Origin: Spirochaetia bacterium
GTDB lineage: Bacteria; Spirochaetota; Spirochaetia; SZUA-6; Bin103
NCBI GenBank assembly: GCA_965203905.1
Contig: CBDBDQ010000005.1
Coordinates: forward strand, 6,112,001 to 6,176,000
DNA: 64,000 nucleotides
Direction of reading: 5' to 3'
The translations under genes were made by a program, and so were the position numbers. This document shows positions 52,288 through 63,133 of the stretch, piece by piece. The notes under the pieces were generated by a model. That model saw nothing but the letters and a program-made list of their open reading frames with translations, was not told the origin of the DNA and did not search any database. How positions within the stretch are numbered: the first letter of the stretch is position 1; each line of letters starts with the position of its first letter.

Positions 52288-53259
52288 ATGGCAGAACGCG
52301 AGAGTACGGTAGCGCCCGAGCTGTTGCCGCGGCCGAAGTTCCTGGGCGCCGGCTACGGCCGCATGCTCAGAAAGGACTTCGTGCGCAACCGCACCATCTA
52401 CCTGATGGCGGCGCCGGTGGTGGCGTTCTTCCTCGTCTTCTACTACCTCCCCATGTTCGGGCTGGTGATCTCCTTCAAGCGCTTCACGCCGGCGCTCGGG
52501 CTGTTCGGCAGCCCGTGGGTCGGGTTCAAGTACTTCGAGGACTTCTTCCAGTCCTACTTCGCGGTGCGCATCGTCCGCAACACCATCCTGATCAGCGTGC
52601 TCAGCCTGATCTGGGGGTTCCCGGCGCCGATCATCCTGGCATTGCTGGTCAACGAGGTACGCTCCACCCCCTTCAAGCGCTCGGTGCAGAGCCTCACCTA
52701 CCTGCCGCACTTCATCTCGCTGGTCGTGGTATGCGGCCTGTTGCTGGAGTTCTCGCAGAGCGGCGGCCTGATCAACGACATTCGCGGCTGGTTCGGTGCC
52801 GAACCGATCTCCTTCTTCCAGGATCCGCGCTACTTCCGCAGCTTCTACATCGGCAGCGACATCTGGCAGGAGGTGGGCTGGGGCAGCATCATCTACCTGG
52901 CAGCGCTGTCGGCGATCGATCCGCAACTCTACGAGGCAGCCACCATCGACGGCGCCGGCCGCTTCCGCCAGCTCCGCCACGTCACGTTGCCTTCCATCGC
53001 GCCGACTATCGTGGTCCTCCTCATCCTGCGGCTGGGCAACCTGATGACGGTCGGGCACGAGAAGATCATCCTGCTGTACAACCCCACGATCTACGAGACC
53101 GCCGATGTCATCTCCACCTTCGTGTACCGCAAGGGGCTGCTCGACTTCAGCTGGAGCTACGGCACGGCGGTCGGACTGTTCAACTCGGTGATCAACCTGG
53201 CGCTGGTCGTGACGGCCAACTGGATCAGCCGCCGCGTCAACGAAACGAGTCTCTGGTAG
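52288..53259 (+). CDS. Carbohydrate ABC permease (LplB-like)
   Basis: SPWVGFKYF, YLPHFIS, LYEAATIDGAGR (EAA loop). Confidence 0.95.
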   Translation: MAERESTVAPELLPRPKFLGAGYGRMLRKDFVRNRTIYLMAAPVVAFFLVFYYLPMFGLVISFKRFTPALGLFGSPWVGFKYFEDFFQSYFAVRIVRNTILISVLSLIWGFPAPIILALLVNEVRSTPFKRSVQSLTYLPHFISLVVVCGLLLEFSQSGGLINDIRGWFGAEPISFFQDPRYFRSFYIGSDIWQEVGWGSIIYLAALSAIDPQLYEAATIDGAGRFRQLRHVTLPSIAPTIVVLLILRLGNLMTVGHEKIILLYNPTIYETADVISTFVYRKGLLDFSWSYGTAVGLFNSVINLALVVTANWISRRVNETSLW

Positions 53260-53269
53260 GGGCGCCGCG

Positions 53270-54163
53270 ATGGCCCTGCACCGGCGCTCCGCCGGCAGCG
53301 TGGTGTTCGACGCCTGCAACGGCGTATTCCTGGCGGTGCTGTGCGTCGCCATGCTGTACCCCCTGTATTACGTGTTCGTCGCGTCGGTCAGCGACGGCAA
53401 CCTGTTGATGGCGCACACCGGACCGCTGGCGGCGCCGCTGGGATTCAGCGGGGCGGCCTACCGGCTGGTGTTCAACAACCCCCTGGTGGTGCGCGGGTTC
53501 CTGAACTCGATGCACCTGGTAGTGGTGGGCACCAGCGTGAACATCCTGCTGACCAGCTTCGCGGCCTACGTGCTGTCGCGCAGAAACGTGTACTGGAAGC
53601 CGATGCTGATGGTGATGGCGGTGGTCACGCTGCTGTTCGAGCGCGGCCTGGTGCCGTTCTACCTCACCGTGCGCGGCCTCGGCCTGTTGAACAGCCACTG
53701 GTCGGTGATCCTGGCGTTCGCCATCAGCGCCTACAACATGATCATCATGCGCACCTACTTCACCACCATCCCCGACAGCCTGGAGGAGTCGGCCAAGATC
53801 GACGGCGCCAACGACTTCACAGTGCTGTTCCGGATCATCCTGCCGGTTGCGGCGCCGGTGGTCGCCACGATGGTGCTGTTCTACGGCGTCAGCCGCTGGA
53901 ACGGCTACTTTTACGTGATGATCTTCCTGCGCGACCGCATCAAGTTCCCTATCGCGCTGATTCTGCGCGAGATTCTGATCGCCAACTCGGCCGAGACGAT
54001 GATCGGCGGCGGGGATGCCGGCTCCATGGGCGATCACGAGCGCATCGCCGACACCATCAAGTTCGCCACCACGGTGGTGGCCACGGTGCCGATCCTGCTG
54101 CTCTACCCCTTCCTGCAGAAGTACTTCGTCAAGGGTGCGATGATCGGCTCGGTCAAGGGTTGA
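53270..54163 (+). CDS. Carbohydrate ABC permease (LplC-like)
   Basis: LEESAKIDGAN, YPFLQKYFVKGAMIGSVKG. Confidence 0.95.
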   Translation: MALHRRSAGSVVFDACNGVFLAVLCVAMLYPLYYVFVASVSDGNLLMAHTGPLAAPLGFSGAAYRLVFNNPLVVRGFLNSMHLVVVGTSVNILLTSFAAYVLSRRNVYWKPMLMVMAVVTLLFERGLVPFYLTVRGLGLLNSHWSVILAFAISAYNMIIMRTYFTTIPDSLEESAKIDGANDFTVLFRIILPVAAPVVATMVLFYGVSRWNGYFYVMIFLRDRIKFPIALILREILIANSAETMIGGGDAGSMGDHERIADTIKFATTVVATVPILLLYPFLQKYFVKGAMIGSVKG

Positions 54164-54266
54164 GTACGAGGGGCAGCAGGGGCGATTCGAAGACTGGTCG
54201 GCGCCGCGAGACGGCCGGCAGACACTCCCGCCGCGGCCGGTATAGGTTGCAGCCGGGAGAGAGGAA

Positions 54267-55070
54267 GTGAGCACAACCGCAACCGGTGCCGCGGAGCCGG
54301 CGTTGCACTGGTCGTTCGATCAGAATCATTCGCAGACCCAGCCCGGCTTCGGTGCGGAGCTGCGCACCACCCTGCGGCAGTACTATCGGCGGCCGGCGGC
54401 GTCCGCGGTGTCCACCTTCTACCGCGTGCTGCCCAACTTCTGGAGCGGGTACCAGCCCCGGCCGGTGGCCGACCTGGCGATCGGCGGCGTCGAGGTGATC
54501 CGTACCGCTGTACCCGGTGCGGGTGGGACCGACTATCGCGTGACCGCCACCAACAGCACCAGCGGCGAGCACGCCTGCTACAGGTTCCGCGCCGCCGCGG
54601 ACCGCTGGCGCAGCCTCGCCGGCGAGTGGCGGATCGAGGTCCGCAACGACGCCGGCGACAGTTATAGCCGTTACCTGGCGAGTGGTGCCGTGGGGCAGCC
54701 GGAGCGGGGTGCCGGGCGGCCGATCCTGCTGACCGTGAACGGCGCCGAGCTGCCGGCGGGAGCGTGGAGCGGCAGCCGTCCGCTCACCACGTCCTGGGCC
54801 CTGCTCGATTTCCTTCCGGAGCTGGAGCAGGGCTGCGAGCTGGCCCTGCTGGAAGAGCTGGACCGGCTGCGCGAGCCGGTGCGCGTGGTTCCCGTCGGGA
54901 CCTGGCGCTGGCCACCGGCCGACGCCGACCTGGGAAGCTTGACCGGGTGGTCCGTGCACGGACCCGGCCTGGTGCCCACCTACCACTGGGTGGACGACAA
55001 CGGCGCCGTGGCCGTGGTCTCGGGGCTGTTCCAGACCTGGGTAATCAGCGCAGTGGGGGATGCCACGTGA
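54267..55070 (+). CDS. Hypothetical protein
   Basis: GC3-biased ORF, GAGG RBS, GTGA overlap with the sulfatase; no motif recognised. Confidence 0.7.
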   Translation: MSTTATGAAEPALHWSFDQNHSQTQPGFGAELRTTLRQYYRRPAASAVSTFYRVLPNFWSGYQPRPVADLAIGGVEVIRTAVPGAGGTDYRVTATNSTSGEHACYRFRAAADRWRSLAGEWRIEVRNDAGDSYSRYLASGAVGQPERGAGRPILLTVNGAELPAGAWSGSRPLTTSWALLDFLPELEQGCELALLEELDRLREPVRVVPVGTWRWPPADADLGSLTGWSVHGPGLVPTYHWVDDNGAVAVVSGLFQTWVISAVGDAT

Positions 55071-56494
55071 GCTCCGAGCGCCCCAACATCGTGTTCCTGC
55101 ACACCGATCAGCACACCTGGGACGCGGTCTCGGCGTACGGCAACCGCTTCCTCGCCACCCCCAACATCGACCGCCTGCACCGCAACGGCCTCTCCTTCAT
55201 GCGCGCCTATTGCACCGACCCGGTGTGCGCACCGGCGCGCACGAGCTGGATGACCGGGCGCTACTCCTCCGAGACCGGCGTGCCGTTCAACGGCGGCGCG
55301 CTGCACGACGACATTGCGGACCTGGGCCAGCACCTGAACCGGCACGGCTTCCCCGCCTTCCACAGCGGCAAGTGGCACGTCACGGGCCGCGACGTGAGCG
55401 CCAGCTTCCGCACCCTCTACTTCGGCAAACGTCACATCGGCGCTGGCGGCGGCGAGTACTACGACGGCGCCATTACCCGCTCGGTGGTGCAGTTCCTCAC
55501 CGAGCGCAGCCGCCGGGAGCCGTTCTTTCTGCAGATCGGCATGGTCAACCCGCACGACGTGTGCGAGTACGGGCACAACTTCGAGGAGAAGCTGATTCCC
55601 GACCCCGTGGCGCAGGGGATCCTGAGCGCCGACGAGCTGCCGCCGCTGCCGGCCAACTTCCACTACGACGAGCCGGAGACGATGACCCACCGGGTGACGC
55701 GGCGCGACGACGACTGCCTGATCCACTGGCCGATCCTGCGCCGCACCCGCCACTGGTCGGAGCTGCAGTGGCGCTACCTGGCGTGGAACCTGTACCGCTT
55801 CGTGGAGAAGGTGGACGCCGAGATCGGCGTGGTGCTGGCCGCCCTGGAGGCCACCGGCCACGCCGACGATACCCTGATCCTGTTCACCGCCGACCACGGC
55901 GAGGCCGCCGGCCAGCACCAGATGTTCCAGAAGTTCACCCTCTACGAGGAGAGCGCGCGGGTGCCGTTCATCGCCGCCTGCCTCGGCGACGGCGTGGCCC
56001 TGCCCAAGGGCGGCTGCGACCGCGAACACTTCATCTCCGGCGTGGACGTGTTCCCCACCGTGTGCGACTACGCCGGCGTGACGCCGCTGCCGGGACTGCC
56101 GGGGCGCAGCATCCGTCCGTTGCTGGAGGGCGACGCTACCGGATGGCGCGAGCACGCCTTCGTCGAGAGCAACTACTGGGCCCGCGCCGTCATCACCGGC
56201 CGCTACAAGTACGTCACCGAGTACCGCCCGCGCGAGCTGGAGAACTACCTGGCGCCCGGACCCGACGACGCCGCATTGGGGCTGGAGCAGCTCTTCGACC
56301 TGCAGCACGATCCCGACGAGACCCGCAACCTGGCGGGTGCCGCGGGGCTGGCGGGGGTGATCGGCGACTGCCGGCGGAGGTTGGCGGAGACCGAACGGTC
56401 GCTGGAGCGGCGACCGCTGCGGACCGGCGCGCCACGCAACACGGTGGACACCTGGGGCGAGCGGCTGCGGCAGCGCTGGCGCCAGGCAGATTGA
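55067..56494 (+). CDS. Cys-type (formylglycine-dependent) sulfatase
   Basis: RPNIVFLHTDQH, CAPARTSWMTG (CxPxR), GKWH, ADHGE, LFDLQHDP.E..NL. Confidence 0.95.
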   Translation: MSSERPNIVFLHTDQHTWDAVSAYGNRFLATPNIDRLHRNGLSFMRAYCTDPVCAPARTSWMTGRYSSETGVPFNGGALHDDIADLGQHLNRHGFPAFHSGKWHVTGRDVSASFRTLYFGKRHIGAGGGEYYDGAITRSVVQFLTERSRREPFFLQIGMVNPHDVCEYGHNFEEKLIPDPVAQGILSADELPPLPANFHYDEPETMTHRVTRRDDDCLIHWPILRRTRHWSELQWRYLAWNLYRFVEKVDAEIGVVLAALEATGHADDTLILFTADHGEAAGQHQMFQKFTLYEESARVPFIAACLGDGVALPKGGCDREHFISGVDVFPTVCDYAGVTPLPGLPGRSIRPLLEGDATGWREHAFVESNYWARAVITGRYKYVTEYRPRELENYLAPGPDDAALGLEQLFDLQHDPDETRNLAGAAGLAGVIGDCRRRLAETERSLERRPLRTGAPRNTVDTWGERLRQRWRQAD

Positions 56495-56579
56495 TCCCAG
56501 CGCAGCGCCCGGCCGGCCGACCAGCGGTATCGGTGGCGGCACGATGGGGCCCGCTCGTCCAGCGCCGTGGCGCCGGACC

Positions 56580-58091
56580 GTGAAGCACGTTGACGAACTG
56601 GTCGCCGCGCTGGAGGGCGCCGGCGTGCAGAGCGTCATCGACCCCGCCGTGCGCGAGTCGCGGTTGCTGGCCGCCGGTCTGCAGTACCTGGCCGGGCGCG
56701 CGGGCTCCGCCGGCCCGCTGCCGGGGCGGGCCTGCTGGACCCGGGTCCGCTACCGCCAGCACTTCCGTCCCGCCGCCGCGCTGCGTGAGCTGCGGCGCGC
56801 CGACGGCACGCGTGAGCACGAGCTGACCGTCGACCTTGGCCAGATTGCAGCCCCGCAAGACCTGGACCACGAGCTGCGCCGGGTGCTCGACGGTCCGGTG
56901 CGGGCGCCGGGCACCGACGTCGGCCCGTTCGTTCGCTCCAGCGAGAGCCCGATGTGGCTGTTCAACTCGGCCTTCTGGCGCCACCTGCCACGCTTCATGG
57001 CGGCGGTCGGCCGCGACTTCCGCGACTCCATCGCGGGCTCGCCCGACACCGACCGCGGGGTCACCGAGGAGGATGCGGGCCGCTGCATCGCCCGGCTGCG
57101 TGCCGCGCGGCGCCGCGGCGACCACGCCCCCCTGGCCTACCTCGACGTGGGGGCCGCCGGCACCGAGCATGCCGCGGCCATGGTCGGCTACCTGGCGGCG
57201 GCGCGCCTGGGTCCCGTGGACTACCTTCTCGGCGACATCTCGCCCGCGGCCCTGCGACGCGCGCGGCAACGGCTGGGGGTTCGCCGCGGCCAGGTGACCC
57301 TGCGCTACGTGCAGCTCGATCTGCAGCAGCCCCGCGCCGCGCTGGCCGGGTACCGCGGCCGGATCCTCACCGCTCACCTCACCAACGTGCTCGACAACCT
57401 CCCGGGCGAACAGTTGGCGCAGGTGGACGGCCGCCACTACCTGCTGCACACCCAGCTCTACCTCCCGCAGGAAGCGCTGCACCGTCTGGCCGCCGCCTAC
57501 GGCCTGGACCGCGACCGGCTGGCAAGCGATCTGGGGGCGGTCGCCACCGGCGGAGTGGACCCACTCCTGGATGCGTGCCGCAGCCGCCTGGCCACTGCCG
57601 GCAGCGGGGCTCATCGCGAGGCCGCGGCCGATCGGCGCGCGATGTTGTTCTGGCAGGACCTGTACGGCAATCCTGCCGACCGCCGCAGCGGACTGAGATT
57701 GCGCGAGCGCCTGGTGGAGCTCCCCGATCTCGCCTTCGCACCATGGCCGGCGGGCGAACTGCTCCGGGACGTGCTGGAAACACATTGTGGACACTTGTGG
57801 CTACATACATCGGAGCGTGCAATCCGCGGCTGCCTGCAGCTTCTGGCGCTGCTGCATCCCGGCGGTGCGCTGGAGATTACCGACATCCTGCTGCGCGAAC
57901 CTGCCTCGCACTACGCGACCTGCCAGGGACCGGCCAAATTCGACGGCTCCGTGGTGGAATGGTTCAACGGCGCCCTGTTCCAGGAATTCGCGAGGCGTGC
58001 ATATCCCGACTGCCGCTTTCGTTCGGAGCGGCTTGCCGCCATTGGCAAGCCGCACATGACGCGGCTGGAGGTGAACCGCGGCGACGGCTGA
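56580..58091 (+). CDS. Putative class I SAM-dependent methyltransferase-like protein
   Basis: YLDVGAAG (motif I), YLLGDISP, LLHPGG; start could be 56544. Confidence 0.7.
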   Translation: MKHVDELVAALEGAGVQSVIDPAVRESRLLAAGLQYLAGRAGSAGPLPGRACWTRVRYRQHFRPAAALRELRRADGTREHELTVDLGQIAAPQDLDHELRRVLDGPVRAPGTDVGPFVRSSESPMWLFNSAFWRHLPRFMAAVGRDFRDSIAGSPDTDRGVTEEDAGRCIARLRAARRRGDHAPLAYLDVGAAGTEHAAAMVGYLAAARLGPVDYLLGDISPAALRRARQRLGVRRGQVTLRYVQLDLQQPRAALAGYRGRILTAHLTNVLDNLPGEQLAQVDGRHYLLHTQLYLPQEALHRLAAAYGLDRDRLASDLGAVATGGVDPLLDACRSRLATAGSGAHREAAADRRAMLFWQDLYGNPADRRSGLRLRERLVELPDLAFAPWPAGELLRDVLETHCGHLWLHTSERAIRGCLQLLALLHPGGALEITDILLREPASHYATCQGPAKFDGSVVEWFNGALFQEFARRAYPDCRFRSERLAAIGKPHMTRLEVNRGDG

Positions 58092-58094
58092 CGG

Positions 58095-59135
58095 TCAGGC
58101 GCCGCCGAGGGTGATCTGCGCCTTCACGCTGCTGGCGGGCATGGCGTCGGCGAACTGGAACGCCGCAACGGAATCGGCGAAGGTGAAAGTGTCGGTGATG
58201 AGCGGCTTGACGTCGATGCGGCCGCTCTCCATCAGTGCCAGCGCGCGTGGATAGACGTGGGCGTAGCGGAACACGGTCTCCACCCGCGCCTCCTTGACCT
58301 GCGCCGCCACCACGTCGAACGCGACCGGCTCCCCCGGCATCCCCACCAGCACCACGCAGCCGCCGGGCCGCAGCGGCTCCAGCACCCCGGCAGCCGCCGC
58401 CGCGCTGCCGCTGCACTCGAACACGATGTCGGCGCCCCAGCCCTCGGTGAGTGACCGGGTGGCCTCGACCAGCGAGTCGCCGCCGGTCTCCACCGGCACG
58501 ATCGGGCCCAGGGAGGCGGCCAGCTTCACCTTGGGTACTACCGGATCGGCGATCACGATGCGGCTGCAGCCCCCGGCCAGGGCGGCCAGCGCGGTGACCA
58601 TTCCGATCGGTCCGGCGCCGAGCACCACCGCCACGTCGCCGGGCACGATGCGCGCCTTGGCCGCGGCGTGCATGCCCACCGCCAGCGGCTCCACCATCGC
58701 CGCCTCGTCGAAGCCGAGCCGATCCGGAACCTTGAACGTGAACGCGGCCGGATGCACCACCGTCGGTCGCAGCACGCCATGGACCGGCGGCGTGGCCCAG
58801 AAGCGCACCGCGGGATCCAGGTTGTAGAGGCCGAGGCGCGCCGCGCGGCTGTCCGGGTCGGGAATGCCCGGCTCCATCGCCACCCGGTCGCCCGCCCGCA
58901 GGCGGCCTACCTCGGCGCCCACTTCCAGCACCGTGCCGGCGGCCTCGTGCCCCAGCACCATCGGCTCCCGCACCACGAACGGCCCGATGCGGCCATGCCG
59001 GTAGTAGTGGACGTCGCTGCCGCAGATGCCGACCGTATCGATCTCCACCCGCACGTCTCGCGGTCCGAGCCGCTCCGGCAGGGCGATGTCGCGCAGCGCG
59101 AGCTGCCGCGCCCGTTCCAGAACCAGCGCCTGCAC
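58095..59135 (-). CDS. Zinc-dependent polyol (xylitol/sorbitol) dehydrogenase
   Basis: [35 protein letters not shown]; GGAG RBS. Confidence 0.92.
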   Translation of the reverse strand: MQALVLERARQLALRDIALPERLGPRDVRVEIDTVGICGSDVHYYRHGRIGPFVVREPMVLGHEAAGTVLEVGAEVGRLRAGDRVAMEPGIPDPDSRAARLGLYNLDPAVRFWATPPVHGVLRPTVVHPAAFTFKVPDRLGFDEAAMVEPLAVGMHAAAKARIVPGDVAVVLGAGPIGMVTALAALAGGCSRIVIADPVVPKVKLAASLGPIVPVETGGDSLVEATRSLTEGWGADIVFECSGSAAAAAGVLEPLRPGGCVVLVGMPGEPVAFDVVAAQVKEARVETVFRYAHVYPRALALMESGRIDVKPLITDTFTFADSVAAFQFADAMPASSVKAQITLGGA

Positions 59136-59273
59136 TCTCCTCTCCCGGGGCCGATGGTCGCACAGCCGCGCTCCGCTGCCAACTGCCACCCACACCGGCG
59201 GCGGGCGGGCGTGGACATCGCCCGCAGACTCGTGCAAGCTCACCGGTACCATGCACGCCACCGGAGTGGGGAG

Positions 59274-62231
59274 CTGACCAACGCCGTTCCCCCGTCGCCC
59301 AGCGTTCTGACCCTGGCGTCCCAGGTCCACGGCTTCGACCGCCTGCGGCCGCACCGCCAGGATCACGCCGCGGCCGGCATCGACCGGTTGCGCGACGAGG
59401 CCGCCCGGGAGGGGCGAGACGCACTCGGAGCGGCGCTGGAGACGCCCGCGGGACGGGTCTTCTTCTCGTTCCTCTGCGGCAACAGTCCGCACCTGAGCCT
59501 GCTGCTGCCGCGCGATCTGGAGCTCACCCAGGCACTGGTGGAGGAAGCGCCCGACGCGATCAGCGGCCGTGTGCGCGGCGACCTGGCCGCGGCGGACCCT
59601 GCCATGGACCGCGACCGGCTGATGACCTTCCTGCGCCGCCAGCGCAACCGCGTGGCCGTCCTGGCGGCGGTATACGACTGCTTCGGGATCTGGGGAGTCA
59701 TGGAGTGCGCGGAACTGCTCTCGGACATGGCCGACCACGCCGTGCGCCTGACCGTCGCCCACCTCCTCCTCGACCGCGTCGAGCGCGGTGACCTGGAAGC
59801 GCCGGCCGGAGACCGCTGGGGTTACTTCGTCCTGGCAATGGGCAAGCACGGGTCGCGCGAGCTGAACTACTCCTCCGATATCGACCTGATCGTCCTCTAC
59901 GACCCGGAGTCCGTGCGCTACACCGGCTCCAGGACCCTGGGCGAGTGCTTCGTACGGGTCACCCAGGACCTCATCCGCATCCTCCAGTCGCGCACGGGCG
60001 ACGGTTACGTGTTCCGCACCGACCTGCGGCTGCGGCCCGACCCGTCATCCACCCCGGTCGCCGTCACCGTCGACTTCGCCCTCAACTACTACCGGCGCTT
60101 CGGGCGCACCTGGGAGCGGACGGCACTGATCAAGGCCCGTCCCGTGGCCGGTGACCTGGCGGCCGGCGCGGGGTACCTGGAACGGCTGGCGCCGTTCATC
60201 TGGGACGAGGCGCTGGACTTCACGTCGGTGGAGGAGATCCGGTCGGTGAGCGAGCAGATTCACGACTTCCACGGCCACCGGGCGCTCCGCGCGGCCGGCC
60301 ACAACGTGAAGCTCGGCCGCGGCGGCATCCGCGAGGTCGAGTTCTTCGTGCACATGCATCAGCTCGCCTACGGCGGCCGCAACCGCCGCCTGCGCGGTTC
60401 CCGCCTGCTGGAGATGCTGGAAACGCTGGATCGCGAGCACCACATCATGCCGCGCGAGACGGCCACCCTGCGCGACGCCTACCTGTGGCTGCGGCGCGTG
60501 GAGCACCGCCTGCAGATGGTCAACGACTCCCAGACCCAGAAGCTGCCGGAGTCCGACGACGGCCTTGCCCACATCGGCGGCTTCCTGGGGCTCGACTCGG
60601 CGGAGGAGCTGGTGCGCCGCATCGAGTCCGTCGCCGCGGAGGTCCACGACCTCTACCGCACCCGCTTCAACGTCCCGGAGAGCGAGCATGACCTCGGCGC
60701 CGAGATCCTGGATGGACCGGACCAGCATCCGGACGCCGTCACCAAGCTGGCGGCGGCGGGATTCGCGCGGCCTCCCGCGGCCATCGAGATCTTCAGGGGA
60801 TGGGCGGAAGGGGGGCACGCGTCGACCGCTTCGGAGCGCGCGCGCACCATCATCCGCGAGATCCTCCACGAGATCGTCGACGCGCTCGGCAGGACTCCTG
60901 ACCCCGACCGTGCCCTGGCCCGCCTGGACCGCTTCCTGGCGGCCATGCCGGAGGATCTCTCGTTCTTCTCCATGCTCAGGGCCAACACCTGGCTGCTCAA
61001 CCTCATGGCGGTCGTGATGGGCAGCGCCCCGCGCATGGCCGACGTCCTGCAAGGCCATCCGCGGCTGCTGCAGGCCGTGCTCGATCCCGCGTTCTTCCTG
61101 CCGATCCCGGAGCGGGAGGAGTTGGCCCGTGAGCTCGACGAGCGCCTGGCCGGCCGACGGGACGCCGGGGAGCGGGTCGAGCAGGTGGCCGCCTGGGCCG
61201 GCGACCGCCGCTTCCAGGTGGCGGTGCAGGCCCTGGAAAACCTGATCACGGTGGACGAGGCATCCACGGCCCTGTCGGACATTGCCGGCGCGGTCATCGA
61301 GCTCCTGCTCCGGGACCTGCTGGACGGGATGCGCGAACGGCATGGGCCGGTGCCGGGAGGCGGCTGCGCGGTCGTGGCCCGGGGCAGGCTCGGCGCCGGG
61401 GAGATGATCTTCGACTCGGACCTGGATCTGCTGCTGGTGGCGGACTTCGGGGCCGCGGCGAGGAGCACGGGCCCGGAGCCGATCACGGCGCGGGTCTTCT
61501 ATCGGCAGGCAGCCGCGGAACTGATCTCCCGCCTGCGCAGTCCGTCGACCTACGGCCGGATCTACGAGTTGGACGAACGCATGCGGCCGTCAGGAGAGAT
61601 CGAACCTTCCGTGAGCACGCTCGACGAGTTCAGGGATCATCACGCCGGCCGGGCGTCGACCCCGGAATTGATGGCGCTGACGCGGGCCGGCGTGGTGTGC
61701 GGCGACCCGGACACGGCTGCGGCGGTGACCGCTGCGATCGAGGGAGCGCTGGCCCGCCCGCATGACCCCGGCCGATTGCTGGAAGACGTGGCGCGCCGCC
61801 GCGAGGCGATCGCGGCCGAGCACCCCGCCGACGATCCGTTCGATGTGCAGCACGTGCGCGGGGGGCTGGTGGACCTGGAGTCGCTGGCCCAGTACCTGCG
61901 GCTGCGGCACGCGCACGGGTCGCCGCAGGTGCTGGTGGGAGCGACGGCGGCCTGCTTCGAGGCGCTGGGCGGCGCCGGCCTGATCCCGGAGCAGGAGGCG
62001 CACATCCTCGCCGGCGCCGTGCGCATGCAGCGCATGCTCCAGGCGCTGCTGCGCCTGACCTGGAGCCGGGATCTTCCGGTGCGCGACGCCCCGGCACCGC
62101 TGCGGCTGAAGCTGGCGACCGCGCTGGAATGCGCCGGATTCGACGAGCTGGAGGCGAAGCTGCGCGCGACCCAGGCGGCAGCGTATGCGGTCTATCGGCG
62201 CCGCATCGGGCCGAAGGCGCACCCGTCCTGA
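59274..62231 (+). CDS. glnE: Glutamine synthetase adenylyltransferase/adenylyl-removing enzyme (start uncertain, CTG at 59274 proposed)
   Basis: [53 protein letters not shown]; second NT domain SDLDL. Confidence 0.92.
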   Translation: MTNAVPPSPSVLTLASQVHGFDRLRPHRQDHAAAGIDRLRDEAAREGRDALGAALETPAGRVFFSFLCGNSPHLSLLLPRDLELTQALVEEAPDAISGRVRGDLAAADPAMDRDRLMTFLRRQRNRVAVLAAVYDCFGIWGVMECAELLSDMADHAVRLTVAHLLLDRVERGDLEAPAGDRWGYFVLAMGKHGSRELNYSSDIDLIVLYDPESVRYTGSRTLGECFVRVTQDLIRILQSRTGDGYVFRTDLRLRPDPSSTPVAVTVDFALNYYRRFGRTWERTALIKARPVAGDLAAGAGYLERLAPFIWDEALDFTSVEEIRSVSEQIHDFHGHRALRAAGHNVKLGRGGIREVEFFVHMHQLAYGGRNRRLRGSRLLEMLETLDREHHIMPRETATLRDAYLWLRRVEHRLQMVNDSQTQKLPESDDGLAHIGGFLGLDSAEELVRRIESVAAEVHDLYRTRFNVPESEHDLGAEILDGPDQHPDAVTKLAAAGFARPPAAIEIFRGWAEGGHASTASERARTIIREILHEIVDALGRTPDPDRALARLDRFLAAMPEDLSFFSMLRANTWLLNLMAVVMGSAPRMADVLQGHPRLLQAVLDPAFFLPIPEREELARELDERLAGRRDAGERVEQVAAWAGDRRFQVAVQALENLITVDEASTALSDIAGAVIELLLRDLLDGMRERHGPVPGGGCAVVARGRLGAGEMIFDSDLDLLLVADFGAAARSTGPEPITARVFYRQAAAELISRLRSPSTYGRIYELDERMRPSGEIEPSVSTLDEFRDHHAGRASTPELMALTRAGVVCGDPDTAAAVTAAIEGALARPHDPGRLLEDVARRREAIAAEHPADDPFDVQHVRGGLVDLESLAQYLRLRHAHGSPQVLVGATAACFEALGGAGLIPEQEAHILAGAVRMQRMLQALLRLTWSRDLPVRDAPAPLRLKLATALECAGFDELEAKLRATQAAAYAVYRRRIGPKAHPS

Positions 62232-63091
62232 TGAAACTCACCGTCTTCGGCGGGTCCGGCCGCATCGGACGCCACGTGGTGGCGGAGCTGATCGCCCACG
62301 GACACAGCGTGATCAACGCCGACCGGCAGCCGCCGCCGCATGTCACCTGGCTCTACGACCAGGCCGGCGCGGAGCTCTACGTGCACACCGATCTGACCCG
62401 ACTGGGAGACGTGACCTCGGTGCTGCGCGAGGCCGACGCCGCGCTCCAGCTCGCGGCGATTCCCAACCCCACCGGCCACGTGCCGGGGCACGTGTTCCAC
62501 ACCAACATGGTGACCGACTTCAACGTGCTGGAGGCCGCCGACCTGCTCGGCGTCCCCAAGCTGGTCATGTCCTCCTCCATCAACGCCCTCGGCGCCTCCT
62601 TCAACCGCGGCCTGGTGGCGCCGCGCTACTTTCCGGTGGACGAGGAACACGAGACCCGCTGCGAGGAGGTCTACTCCACCACCAAGTGGCTGGGCGAGGA
62701 ACTGGCCGCATCCTACGCCCGCCGCCGGGAGGTGCAGATCGCCAGCCTGCGTTTCACCTGGGTGATGGACCAGGCAGTGCGCGCCCAGGCACAGGCGAAC
62801 CGCGACCCCCAGGCGCAGCAGGAACGCCGGGCCAAGGGCTTCTGGTCATGGGTGGACGTGCGCGACGTGGCCAGCGCCTGCCGCTGCGCGGTGGAGGCCG
62901 ACTGGCGCGGCCACGAGCGCTTCTGGATCAACGCCGCCGACACCTTCCTCGACCTCCCCACGGTGGAGGCGCTGGAGAAGTGGTATCCCGGCGTGCCCCT
63001 GAGCGTCCCGCTGCCGGGACATGCCGCCGCCCTGAGCATCGCCAAGGCGCGCCGCCTGCTGGGCTGGGAGCCGGCCCACTCCTGGCACTGA
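62231..63091 (+). CDS. NAD-dependent epimerase/dehydratase
   Basis: VFGGSGRIG, SSSIN, YSTTK (YxxxK), VDVRDVA. Confidence 0.9.
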   Translation: MKLTVFGGSGRIGRHVVAELIAHGHSVINADRQPPPHVTWLYDQAGAELYVHTDLTRLGDVTSVLREADAALQLAAIPNPTGHVPGHVFHTNMVTDFNVLEAADLLGVPKLVMSSSINALGASFNRGLVAPRYFPVDEEHETRCEEVYSTTKWLGEELAASYARRREVQIASLRFTWVMDQAVRAQAQANRDPQAQQERRAKGFWSWVDVRDVASACRCAVEADWRGHERFWINAADTFLDLPTVEALEKWYPGVPLSVPLPGHAAALSIAKARRLLGWEPAHSWH

Positions 63092-63133
63092 GAACCGCGG
63101 CCGCGAGCCACGTGGCTGCGCCGTGGCGCCGTG

